Shown: in pieces, positions 52,314-61,891 of the stretch | Position numbering within the stretch: position 1 is the first letter of the stretch | Layout of the letters: every line of letters starts with the position of its first letter | DNA from: Tubulanus polymorphus | Taxonomy: Eukaryota > Animalia > Nemertea | Length of the DNA: 64,000 nt | Reading direction: 5' to 3' | Assembly (NCBI RefSeq): GCF_964204645.1 | Contig: NC_134025.1 | Location: 20,187,101-20,251,100 of the forward strand | Notes under the pieces: model-generated | Database searches by the model: none | The model's input: only the letters and a program-made list of their open reading frames with translations | What the model was told of the DNA's origin: nothing | Translations under genes and position numbers: made by a program

Positions 52314-55300
52314 CTAGTCGTCTCTTTCTCGACGTCTCTTCTTATTTTTACGAGTTTTTCGCTTCACTTTAGCGGCATGGTCATCCCAATAGGCTCGAAT
52401 GATTTCAGGAGGCAGGTTTTCGGCTGGCTCAAACGTGTTCTCATTATCGTCATAGCCAACCCATTTTATAAGATATTTCAGAATGCCTTTCTCTTTTTTG
52501 TGACGAATCACTCGTTCTACGTAATAGATTGGCTCAACCGGATTCGCAGGCTGATTTCGATCGCCCGGATCATCCGGTGCGAGGACAGGCCCCTCCTCAG
52601 GTTGATCCCCGTCCTCCCTGTCAATAGGTGGATTCTCAGGTATGTCGTCCTCGAGCGGCCTAATGTCCGTTGAAAAGAAATGCTTCAATCTATTACAATG
52701 TACTGGGACGGCCAACTCTTGATTCCTCTCATTCTCCAAAATGAAAGATACAGGAGAAATCTGTCGGACAATTCGATAAGGGCCCGTCCATTGATGAAGC
52801 AATTTCTTACTAAGCCTCTTTATTTTCTTTGGAGTGAATAGCAACACTTGATCACCTACTGCGAAATTTGGGGGAACGGCAGTCCTGTCGAAACGTTCCT
52901 TCATCTTCTCCTGCGCCTTTTTGATATTAGCCTTGGCCAACTTCCTGGCCTCTTTTAACTTTGGCAACATTGCTTGGACAAAGCCTCCTGCATCAAAGTA
53001 AACGTCCCTCGGATTAAGTAAAGCAACGTCCATCGGCAACCTCGGTTCTCGGCCATACATGAGGTAGAATGGCGAGTATTGCGACGTATCCGAAGCTGGA
53101 CTTACCCGATATGCAAATAGAATGGGGTAAAGGTATTCGTCCCAATCGGTTTGGCGTTCATTGCAGTACATGCTCAGAGCCTTGACAATCACAAGATTCA
53201 TGTGCTCGACTTGTCCTTGAGTTTGTGGTCTATACGCACTGGACCGTGCCCGTGGCGTATTACATAGCCGCGAAACCTCGCTGACTAATTTACTCAGGAA
53301 ATTTGTTCCGCGATCGCTCTGCAAAACAGAGGGCGCCCCATGGCGACAAATGATTTGTTCATAAAAGATCGTAGCGACCGTCGTGGCTTCTTGGTTAGTC
53401 ATAGCAAAAGCTTCAACCCACTTTGTAAGATAGTCGACAAAGACCAATATGTATTTATTTCCCGAGTCCGTTGTTGGAAAAGGACCACAGACATCCATTG
53501 AGACTCTATCCCACGGCCCTGTGACAGCTATGGGGTTAACCGGGGCCCTAATGGGCTTCCCTGGCTGATTCTTAGTCGCACAGTCCTTACAGGATTTAAT
53601 CCAATTTTCAACGTCTCGATACATACCATGCCAGTAATACCTTGCTCGCAAGGTTTCGTAGGTCCGTTTGTGACCCAAGTGACCGCCAGTCATTGAATCA
53701 TGACCAGCCTCTAACATTTCCGCATACATACTTTTAGGTATGACCAACTGACGAGGCCCATCAGCCTCAATTTTCTTTTTAGAGTCCACATGGTAAAGAA
53801 CTCCATCATCGTCAACAAAGAAGTAGTCTGACTGCAAGATAATTCTCCGGGCTTCCTTGTCATCATCTGGCAAGGTACCATCAAGTAAATAGTCTATAAG
53901 ACACACTAATTGTAAATCAGACCGCTGGAGCTCGCCCATGTTGACGGGTACAGGCCGCTCATTGTCAGCCTCGAGAGCACACGTGTCGATAGTGTCTTCC
54001 ATACTATCAGAGATGGGATACGGGCGACGAGAGAGCCCATCGGCGTTCCCGTTTGCCTTGCCTGGACGATGCGATATGGAGTAGTCAAATTGCTCTAAGT
54101 AGAGTGCAATACGGCCAACACGACCCGAAAGTGTTTTCATGGTCTGAAGATACCGTAAGCAACTGTGGTCTGTGATAATCTCGAAATGATATCCCCGTAA
54201 GTAGGGTTCAAACTTTTTGACTCCTGCTGCAACAGCTAAGAGTTCACGGTCCGTTGTAGAATAATTTTTCTCCGCTTTATTCAATCCTCGCCCCGCATAT
54301 GCAATTGCTCTTTCTTGCCCATCCTGGACCTGCGCCAGGACCATGCCGATACCTTCATCGGAGGCATCAGTATATAATAAAAATGGCGATGCCCCATAAA
54401 TGGGGAAGGCCAATACTGGGGCTTCGAGCATCGCTTGCTTAAGGGTGTCGAAAGCCTGTTGACAAGAAGCGTCCCATCTATACGGCACGCCTTTCTTAGT
54501 CAACTGGTGTAAGGGGGCCGCCATAGTGCTGTAACCTTTACAAAAACGCCGATAATAATTGGTGAACCCCAGAAAACTTCGTAGTTCTTTTAAAGTCGTG
54601 GGGACAGGCCATTCCTGTACGGCTGCTACCTTTTCCGGGTCAGTAGCGATCCCGTCCTTAGATATTCGATGCCCAAGGAAGTCAATGGTTTTGACAGCAA
54701 ACCGACATTTCTTGGGATTTAGGCGAAGGCCTGACTCACGAAATCGATCGAAAATTTGAGCCAGGTGAATTAAATGACCATCAAAAGAATTCGAGTAACA
54801 GATAATATCGTCCAAATATACTAGACAAAATTTCCCAACCAAGTCTCTCAGCAGACCACCAGTCAACCGCTGAAAGGTAGATGGCGCCGATTTCAGACCA
54901 AATGGGAGTACCTTAAATTCCAAAAGAGACGACTGTGTTATAAAAGCAGTCTTATCCCTACTGGCCTCGTCAACTTCAACTTGCCAGTAGCCACTCAGAA
55001 AATCAAGTGAGCTAAAGAATGTAGGTGCCGCTTGACCAACCTGAGCCAAGAGATCATCGATTCTAGGCAGGGGAAAAGAGTCTGAACGGGTGACAGCATT
55101 CAATCCCCGGTAGTCAACACAGAATCTCCACTTGACATCTCCGTCCGGGCTCTTCTTCCGAACGAGAACGACCGGGGCAGCCCATGGGCTAGTACTATGC
55201 TGTACTATCCCCATGTCTAACATCTGTTTGACATGCGTGTCAATAACTTCTTGCATGGCCGGAGAGGCTCTATAAGGCCTTTTCCGAATTGGGGCCGCGT

Positions 55301-57080
55301 CCCCTGTGTCAATGACGTGTTTGACTAAGTCAGTTTTACCAAGTTCGTCCGGTGTTCGTGCAAAAATGTCCCGATACGATCGTATTAGTTCAAGAAGTTC
55401 CGCTTTCTGTGATACAGAAAGGTCCGAGTCTGACATATCTATTTCCGGTATCCCAATGTCAGCAGATGTCTGAGGGTAGTCCACATGTGTGACAGACACC
55501 TCTGGAGGTCGGGTCAGCTGTCCCGAATTCCCTTCATTCTTCAGGGATTGGTCAAGTGACCACCCATCTGTCCATAAGTGGCCAAGACACATATCCTCAT
55601 AGAGGGTGACATGTCGTGATGTGGGATTCATGACCCGAACCGGAATGCCTGATTGCGTAACGTCGACAACTGACCTTGCACTCATAAGATCATGTGCCCT
55701 TAATTGATTTGCCGGCTCAAAGACTGCCACCGATGCTTGTGTCCTGTCAATCGAGTACTTTCCGTCTATGATGACCTCACATGAGGGGGGAATGACAGTC
55801 ATTTGCGTAACCTTGACGGACGAAGACTTGCCCAAATTGACAGTATTGTTGAAGTAAATTGCATCGGCCCCTGGTAACAAAAGGGCCTTTCTTGCATAAT
55901 CAATAACTGCCTGGTTTTGTTCTAAGAAATCAGCTCCAAGAATTACATCGGACGTGATACCGTCTACCACGTACATAGAGTGCGTAATTTCCAAATTGCC
56001 TAACACAAAATCCACAGAAATAACTCCTCTCAGGTCAAATTTAGTTCCATCTACCCCACGGGCAGATTGGAATTGACCGACCTGCAAAGGGCCATTTGAT
56101 ATCTGAGGATGAGTCGTAAAATAATCGTTCGATAATACAGATATTTCGGCGCCCGTGTCGATCAAAATACTTAATGGTGTCCCCGAATGGCTACCTGTCA
56201 CTCGGTTAGCGACAGTTGCCATGATCGACGGGGAATAAACCTCTTGTTCAACAGGATTATTCTGACTAGAAAGAGACCATATGTCGTTGGTTGGCGTGTC
56301 ACCTAACGTCGTCGTAATAGGCGGAAGTTGTTCCTGACAGTGAATAGTAGGTTGAAACTCGGAGTTCGAATCTCCTATTCCAACATTGTCATTGGTTGGC
56401 ATAATTGGTTCAGACGTGGGGACAACCTGACCTCCGTCCCGTACGATGGACATTTCATTACCGAATAACCGACAACAATTTTCCGATGTTGACACCTGAT
56501 TCGATACATTCGATACGACAGTCTCCGTATCATGATGATCATTACGACATTCCGACCGTGAACTGTTATTACTTAAATCAACTGACACTAGGTCACATTG
56601 TACCGCTGATTCGGAAGTTACCGGGTACTTATACTGATCAAGAGTGCGTTCGTGACAATTCAATTGAGACTTCTTATCTCTAAAAAGGTCATCTTCTGCC
56701 GAATCCGTCGGACCATTAACCCCTCTAGGGTGTGACCTATCAACACTAATATTGTCACCCGAGCACGCCATATCCGCACGTACCTCCTGCAATTCAACCG
56801 GATCGCTAAATGTGACCCTCCTGTGTCTTTTTATAGGCTCTCTAGTAACCGACAACTGGGAATTATTCATCCAGCTGTCCTCAAAATTGGATCCCCGATC
56901 CATATAAAAATTTCCATCAAACGACAACTGGGTATTGTCCCTCCAGCTGTCCCCAAAGTTACGATCTTGAATGTCATAAACGTCATCGGCACCCCATGAA
57001 GGAGTGTGATAATCAATAAACTTATTTAAATGTATAGGTTCATTTTCATCTAAGTAATCTACATTACAGTTCCCCTCAGG
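52314..57080 (-). CDS. pol: Pol: aspartic protease, RT, RNase H, integrase, chromodomain
   Basis: LIDTGA; YLDD; YTDAS; H-H-C-C, SMDVCGP/QSDRG/GQVE, WTGPY; YYVERV..YLIKWVGY..NTFEPAENL; frame is open up to a TAA at 57081-57083. Confidence 0.95.
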   Translation of the reverse strand, partial: PEGNCNVDYLDENEPIHLNKFIDYHTPSWGADDVYDIQDRNFGDSWRDNTQLSFDGNFYMDRGSNFEDSWMNNSQLSVTREPIKRHRRVTFSDPVELQEVRADMACSGDNISVDRSHPRGVNGPTDSAEDDLFRDKKSQLNCHERTLDQYKYPVTSESAVQCDLVSVDLSNNSSRSECRNDHHDTETVVSNVSNQVSTSENCCRLFGNEMSIVRDGGQVVPTSEPIMPTNDNVGIGDSNSEFQPTIHCQEQLPPITTTLGDTPTNDIWSLSSQNNPVEQEVYSPSIMATVANRVTGSHSGTPLSILIDTGAEISVLSNDYFTTHPQISNGPLQVGQFQSARGVDGTKFDLRGVISVDFVLGNLEITHSMYVVDGITSDVILGADFLEQNQAVIDYARKALLLPGADAIYFNNTVNLGKSSSVKVTQMTVIPPSCEVIIDGKYSIDRTQASVAVFEPANQLRAHDLMSARSVVDVTQSGIPVRVMNPTSRHVTLYEDMCLGHLWTDGWSLDQSLKNEGNSGQLTRPPEVSVTHVDYPQTSADIGIPEIDMSDSDLSVSQKAELLELIRSYRDIFARTPDELGKTDLVKHVIDTGDAAPIRKRPYRASPAMQEVIDTHVKQMLDMGIVQHSTSPWAAPVVLVRKKSPDGDVKWRFCVDYRGLNAVTRSDSFPLPRIDDLLAQVGQAAPTFFSSLDFLSGYWQVEVDEASRDKTAFITQSSLLEFKVLPFGLKSAPSTFQRLTGGLLRDLVGKFCLVYLDDIICYSNSFDGHLIHLAQIFDRFRESGLRLNPKKCRFAVKTIDFLGHRISKDGIATDPEKVAAVQEWPVPTTLKELRSFLGFTNYYRRFCKGYSTMAAPLHQLTKKGVPYRWDASCQQAFDTLKQAMLEAPVLAFPIYGASPFLLYTDASDEGIGMVLAQVQDGQERAIAYAGRGLNKAEKNYSTTDRELLAVAAGVKKFEPYLRGYHFEIITDHSCLRYLQTMKTLSGRVGRIALYLEQFDYSISHRPGKANGNADGLSRRPYPISDSMEDTIDTCALEADNERPVPVNMGELQRSDLQLVCLIDYLLDGTLPDDDKEARRIILQSDYFFVDDDGVLYHVDSKKKIEADGPRQLVIPKSMYAEMLEAGHDSMTGGHLGHKRTYETLRARYYWHGMYRDVENWIKSCKDCATKNQPGKPIRAPVNPIAVTGPWDRVSMDVCGPFPTTDSGNKYILVFVDYLTKWVEAFAMTNQEATTVATIFYEQIICRHGAPSVLQSDRGTNFLSKLVSEVSRLCNTPRARSSAYRPQTQGQVEHMNLVIVKALSMYCNERQTDWDEYLYPILFAYRVSPASDTSQYSPFYLMYGREPRLPMDVALLNPRDVYFDAGGFVQAMLPKLKEARKLAKANIKKAQEKMKERFDRTAVPPNFAVGDQVLLFTPKKIKRLSKKLLHQWTGPYRIVRQISPVSFILENERNQELAVPVHCNRLKHFFSTDIRPLEDDIPENPPIDREDGDQPEEGPVLAPDDPGDRNQPANPVEPIYYVERVIRHKKEKGILKYLIKWVGYDDNENTFEPAENLPPEIIRAYWDDHAAKVKRKTRKNKKRRRERDD

Positions 57081-57262
57081 TTAAAAATAAAGAGAAAATG
57101 AGTCAGCTAGCATGTTGCCCTGATCAAATGACATGTCGAATATATCATCCCTATCGTCCTCAAAATAATCATCAACATCATTAAAAATATAATCGTCGAT
57201 TACAGGACTGTCATCGTCATATCTATGATATGAATATGAGTCGTCCCACCAAAAATCACTCC

Positions 57263-58423
57263 TTATCGTCGAATCGGGCGAGGGCTCTGTTGACCATTCA
57301 TTGCGCGACCCCACCCTTGTCGGTCCATAGGATGAGGTCCCCGGTCGTTTCCCTGACTAAATGTTCGATTAGCCCCTTGGGAACCACGTCCAATATTCTG
57401 TGACCGAAACTGGCCCCTACCAAAGTTTTGGGGACGGTGATTATCACGCTGAAATGCGTCCCGGTTTGGCGAGACCCGCGACCTTTGTTGGTCGTAACGC
57501 CAAGTTGGACAATTCCTGGCGTAATGACCGGGGGCGTGACATTGGTAGCACACCACCTGCCCATCTTGCGACCGTTGTGATGGACGGTTCTCGCTATAAT
57601 AAGTACCCCTATCATCCCGCTGAGTTCGGGTAGACTTTTGTGTGTCCATGATTTGGCGGAACATGTCCCGTAGCTCCGTCATGACATCCCCTATCGCCTT
57701 ATTTGGTTCGGTCCCAATTTGCGATATCTTGGGAGACGACAGGGCCTTTCGTTGTTCGATATGTTCAGCCATTCTGGCTGCCTCCCATGCATCCCTAAAA
57801 GTCGTTGGACGTTGCGACAACAGATAGACTGAAATGTCAGGCCGAGAGTTATTGATCAATAACATCTTTTTCTGGTGGTCCGAGAACTTCAAACTTGAGG
57901 CCACCCGATCAATCTCCTCCGCAAACCTATCGACCGGTTGCGTTTCCCCCTGTCGCATTGTCGTCAAGGCCGACTCCTTGACCAAGGCCCACGAGGTAGG
58001 GCTAAATTGCGTGCAAAATGCATGCACAATATGCTCCCAGGGAGTGGTAATTTTTGTGCCGGTCGAATCGGTCGCCTGATCAATGCGGAGGTCATTGAAT
58101 AGAACTAGGGCTGGGCCAGCCAAAAACCAATACAACTGTTTCTTTTTGGCATTTTCGTCCCAGCCTCTCAGATCGGCCAAACGATTGAACCCTCTGAACC
58201 AATCAGAGACGCACTGACTGTCTCGTCCTGTAAATTTCGGGAGCATGGAGAAGTTCATAAACGCGGTGGCCGTGTCCACCTGTTCGCGTAAGCCCGAGAG
58301 GGCCTCTAAAACCGTGTCATTGCTAATTGGGGGGTGACCCTGTGGGTTCCCTCCTGTAGAGGTTTGCCCCTGCAAGCCACCCGCATCGTCCGACCCGTAT
58401 GTTGTCCCGCTTCTAGTTGCCAT
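57263..58423 (-). CDS. gag: Gag (capsid + one CCHC knuckle), 386 aa
   Basis: LPKFTG..W, MRQGETQPVDRFAEE major-homology-like region, CYQCHAPGHYARNC. Confidence 0.92.
   Translation of the reverse strand: MATRSGTTYGSDDAGGLQGQTSTGGNPQGHPPISNDTVLEALSGLREQVDTATAFMNFSMLPKFTGRDSQCVSDWFRGFNRLADLRGWDENAKKKQLYWFLAGPALVLFNDLRIDQATDSTGTKITTPWEHIVHAFCTQFSPTSWALVKESALTTMRQGETQPVDRFAEEIDRVASSLKFSDHQKKMLLINNSRPDISVYLLSQRPTTFRDAWEAARMAEHIEQRKALSSPKISQIGTEPNKAIGDVMTELRDMFRQIMDTQKSTRTQRDDRGTYYSENRPSQRSQDGQVVCYQCHAPGHYARNCPTWRYDQQRSRVSPNRDAFQRDNHRPQNFGRGQFRSQNIGRGSQGANRTFSQGNDRGPHPMDRQGWGRAMNGQQSPRPIRR
57305..57353 (-). promoter_or_regulatory. Programmed -1 frameshift signal
   Basis: G GGA AAC in gag frame at 57353-57347, then a 10-bp stem GACCTCATCC/GGGTGGGGTC; -1 frame equals pol frame. 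Confidence 0.75.
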
Positions 58424-58481
58424 TTTCTAAACCAGAGTAATCAAATTATTATTATTCCTACGATGATGCTACTTTTAAATT

Positions 58482-59279
58482 CTAAACCTGATCCTGGCGA
58501 TCAGCCCAACAAAGTAGGTTATCCCAAGTACGGGCAACCTCCTCCACCGTAATCTCTTCCCTTAAAAATGACGAAAGAATGTCATCAATCTCCTCAAAAA
58601 TCCACGAAGTGCTAGGGCCAAGGGCAGACCGACTTTCCGAAAATCGGCCTATACCCCCGCTGGGTGACAGATCCAACGATTGGTCACCCGCAGACGCACC
58701 TAAGGACAGGTCTACTGGAAAACTTTGGACAGGTGCGCCCAAATGTCCGCCCAACAGTTGGCCCGCTACAGGCGTAACAATTGCTAATGGTCTGTTTAAA
58801 GATCGAGTTGCAGACAGGTCTGCCGGTTGCTCTGAATCGAACTGATCAATCCCTATAGGTGAACCAGGCGGCACCGAACAACAGCATGAAAAGCTTGAGT
58901 CGCTGGAACCGGTTGATCCAGCTGATGACGGCGGCCGTGTGAAAGGTTCACCAGTCCGTATCGAGCTATTTCGGTTCGAATCCGTACCCGAAGGACTTAG
59001 GGGCGGAGAAGGGGTCACTGAAGACGAGCAAGTACAATTTACCTGGTCCTGAAAAACCGCTAACGTTGGGCACTCACAATACAAACAACTATCCAAAAAG
59101 TCAAAGTCTGAAGACTGAGAAGTTGGAGTCCCAGCACTGGTCCCAGGGGAAGTAGTTATGATGGTAGGTGTCGCGGGTGCTATACTCACAGTAGTGAGCC
59201 ACCTTTTTCGGGGTAGTGTACTCCAATAACCAGTGCTACGACGTTTGTTTGTGCACCTTACCGTAATCGACCCCGACAT
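58482..59279 (-). CDS. Accessory ORF C, Ser/Pro-rich with PxDLS motifs, 265 aa
   Basis: ATG-started, GC-richer ORF bounded by T-rich spacers. Confidence 0.6.
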   Translation of the reverse strand: MSGSITVRCTNKRRSTGYWSTLPRKRWLTTVSIAPATPTIITTSPGTSAGTPTSQSSDFDFLDSCLYCECPTLAVFQDQVNCTCSSSVTPSPPLSPSGTDSNRNSSIRTGEPFTRPPSSAGSTGSSDSSFSCCCSVPPGSPIGIDQFDSEQPADLSATRSLNRPLAIVTPVAGQLLGGHLGAPVQSFPVDLSLGASAGDQSLDLSPSGGIGRFSESRSALGPSTSWIFEEIDDILSSFLREEITVEEVARTWDNLLCWADRQDQV

Positions 59280-59371
59280 TAACGTACTAACTTACAAATA
59301 ATAATCACCAAAAAGAAAATTATACAATTCGAGTTTAATTGCTTATTATAATTTCAATAACTAACCCCAAT

Positions 59372-59812
59372 TTAATCAAAGTAGCTGTATACTCGCGACT
59401 TATCAGCCAACAATACGTTATGGTCAGGGATAGCACATAAACTGAAATCCCCCTGATCCCAGGTAGACGTATAAGTATTAAGCCCGCTGGGTGGAGGGTT
59501 CGAATCCCTCAGAGTCTGTCCGACCGCTCCGTCGTTATTGGTACCCTTTGTGCTGAGTGGGTTTGAATCCAACAGTGGCTGTTTAACAGCTCTGTCGTTG
59601 GTAATACCCTTGATGCTAAGTGGGTTCGAATCCCACAGTGGCTGTTCAGCAGCTCTGTTGTTAGTGGTCCCCTTGGTGCTAAGTGGGTTCGAATCCCACA
59701 GTGGCTCCCTTAAATGAGCTGGTACCTCCCAACTAGACTTGGGGACTGGGGCAAGCGTGTGCGTCTTGGACACCGTCGCCCCACAGTAACCACGCCTCAA
59801 CCCAGCTGACAT
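59372..59812 (-). CDS. Accessory ORF B with 4 (W/L/R)DSNP repeats, 146 aa
   Basis: ATG-started; 63-bp repeat period keeps frame. Confidence 0.5.
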   Translation of the reverse strand: MSAGLRRGYCGATVSKTHTLAPVPKSSWEVPAHLREPLWDSNPLSTKGTTNNRAAEQPLWDSNPLSIKGITNDRAVKQPLLDSNPLSTKGTNNDGAVGQTLRDSNPPPSGLNTYTSTWDQGDFSLCAIPDHNVLLADKSRVYSYFD

Positions 59813-60450
59813 GTATCAATCACAAACAACACCAAATATTTTTCACAAATAACAATCAGGCAATCATAAAGTTAACAATTGACTGGTACTATAAGACCCC
59901 CTTAGTCTATGCTGGACAAAGGAAATAGCCGTCAGCGTCTTTATCACCAAAGAACAACTCGGCCGGGTTTGCAAAATCACGAAAAAAATGTGCCCAAAAT
60001 GGGTCGAATTTCTCGGGCACTTTCACTGGCTTTACCCTTTGCCGGCGTTCGAGAGGGTTTGAATCCCTCGAGGTGATCGAAGCTTCGCGCTGAGTGTCGG
60101 TCGGGTTAGAATCCCGTAAAGGCTCAGCAGATACGGCCAAAGTCAGCAGTGGGTTCGAATCCCACAACGGCTCCCGATACTCTTCCGGGATTTCAAATGG
60201 CTGTGCACCTCTGGGGTTCGAATCCCGCAGTGTCTCAACAGGGTCGACCGGAGTTGGCAGTGGGTTCGAATCCCACAATGGTTCCCGAAACTCGACCGGA
60301 ATTTCAAATGGCTGTGCACCTCTGGGGTTCGAATCCCGCAGTGTCTCAACAGGGTCGACCGGAGTTGGCAGTGGGTTCAAATCCCACAATGGTTCCCGAA
60401 ACTCGACCGGAATTTCAAACGGTTTGGTATTAGGTGGGTTCGACCCCCAC
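59494..60450 (+). repeat. Array of 12 tRNA T-arm / Pol III B-box hairpins
   Basis: Consensus GTGGG-TTCGAAT-CCCAC starting at 59494, 59557, 59620, 59683, 60053, 60101, 60149, 60212, 60260, 60323, 60371 and 60434. Confidence 0.9.
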
Positions 60451-60545
60451 AATTTCTTTTTGTATGTTGAGTTGGTTGTAGTGCGGCGCTTCTTAGAGAA
60501 TGCGTTCCTCGCACCACAGTGGGAGCATACGAAGATATGTACCAT
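59907..60545 (-). CDS. Accessory ORF A with CxxC, basic NLS-like patch and 8 WDSNP-like repeats, 212 aa
   Basis: First ATG ~60 nt after the PBS; 48/63-bp repeat spacing keeps frame. Confidence 0.55.
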   Translation of the reverse strand: MVHIFVCSHCGARNAFSKKRRTTTNSTYKKKLWGSNPPNTKPFEIPVEFREPLWDLNPLPTPVDPVETLRDSNPRGAQPFEIPVEFREPLWDSNPLPTPVDPVETLRDSNPRGAQPFEIPEEYREPLWDSNPLLTLAVSAEPLRDSNPTDTQREASITSRDSNPLERRQRVKPVKVPEKFDPFWAHFFRDFANPAELFFGDKDADGYFLCPA

Positions 60546-60602
60546 TTGAACAAAACTAAACAATTAATGTAAAAAGTTTATCGTAAACCGAAGATTATTG
60601 AT

Positions 60603-60621
60603 ATCCCGGGTTTCGGCACCA
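60603..60621 (-). promoter_or_regulatory. Primer binding site, tRNA-Phe
   Basis: TGGTGCCGAAACCCGGGAT, complementary to the 3' end of metazoan tRNA-Phe(GAA) ...ATCCCGGGTTTCGGCACCA, 1 nt from the LTR. Confidence 0.9.
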
Positions 60622-60622
60622 A

Positions 60623-61891
60623 TGATACACCGGTCACAATCCTCTCCTTAATCGTTGAATATAAAAACGTAAAGATCGGTCCCTGGCGAGAGAACGTGTC
60701 CGTGCACAAACCCAAATAATCAAACTAAAATGCCGAAATTCTGATTGAATATAATAATAATAATATAGATTTTATTTACCTTGATGATAGTAATAACTCC
60801 AGATAGTACACAGTCCAATTCCTAACTCCAAATTCCTATTGTACACTACTGTTGGTAACCCGTCTTAACTCTGGTATTTCCACCCAAACCTCAAGTATCT
60901 CTAACGAGCGTCCCTGGTAAGTCTGCTTTCTCAAGACTGCGGGCCTTTTTTATAGAAAAGATCGACATTCCTAGAATGCCGACTCTCCCGTTCGACTTTT
61001 GGCAAGGAGCAGCAACCTAGCTGTCATGACGGTTTTGGACATGTAGAATTAGCCTTAATGATTCGCTAATCTAAAATTATTTGAGAAACTGATTTGCCAA
61101 AGTAACTTTTCTTTCCAACCCTCCTGTCATAACGCGCTTTGATTTACTCACTCCCTACTCATCATCGTTGAGAGAGCAGCTATTCTCTACGAGTTACCAA
61201 CAGACATGTACACCAACAGAAACCTTAGAGAGCTAGTATTGATATTTGCCACAATTAAACTTCCATAAAACTTAAGCGATTATAAAGGTCTTGTCCTTAA
61301 TTAACATCCAGGATACTTAATTTAGATATATTTTCAAAACTTAGTTTTCACCTAGATTATGGAACAAACTCATCGTTTCTTTTTCCAATCAACAATAGTA
61401 AACTTTTGATTCAGAAATACAATGTAATTAATTATCAAATCTAAAATCATTCTATACTTATTATACCAATTTTCATTTATAATTTAACTAACTCTATAAT
61501 ACTACAGGATAAAGCAAAACAACCATGTCTCCCTATACTTCCGGTTCTTCCTTTTATAGAAAGTAGTCGGGAGTATCAAGAAGTAACAGCGAGATCCCTG
61601 CACAAACCACACTATCAAAGCACCTCATCGTTCCGACCCAACCAATTACGTCTATCCTTAAGTTTTTTAAAAATAATTCTGAATGTTTGCCAGATATCGA
61701 CGCACAAGAACCGAGGAAGAATTATTTTTACCCCTGGCTGATTTATTGTCAGCGCTGGTAGATCAAAGCATCAAACAACAACTTGCACACATCGTTTGCT
61801 GTCTGATACCCATAAAGAAACCACCAACGTAAACAAAAACCATCATTACAGACATTCTTTAGTTACTACGGAATCTTGCTGCGGATCATCA
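60623..61891 (-). repeat. 5' LTR (1269 bp)
   Basis: Identical to 3' LTR; minus-strand TATAAAA near 60948-60954 and AAG/GTAAATAAA near 60780. Confidence 0.97.

Larger units (their letters stand above)
46883..61891 (-). mobile_element. Full-length env-bearing Gypsy/Metaviridae element (errantivirus-like), 15,009 bp
   Basis: LTR-PBS-3 accessory ORFs-gag-pol(PR-RT-RH-IN-chromo)-env-PPT-LTR. Confidence 0.95.

Noticed and set aside
59060-59095. Rb-binding LxCxE motif in ORF C
   Set aside because: Sequence is LYCEC, lacking the required Glu
59494-60450. CRISPR array or tRNA gene cluster
   Set aside because: Eukaryotic context, no cas genes, spacers are themselves duplicated and in-frame; 48/63-bp periods are too short and lack A-box, D-arm and acceptor pairing for real tRNAs
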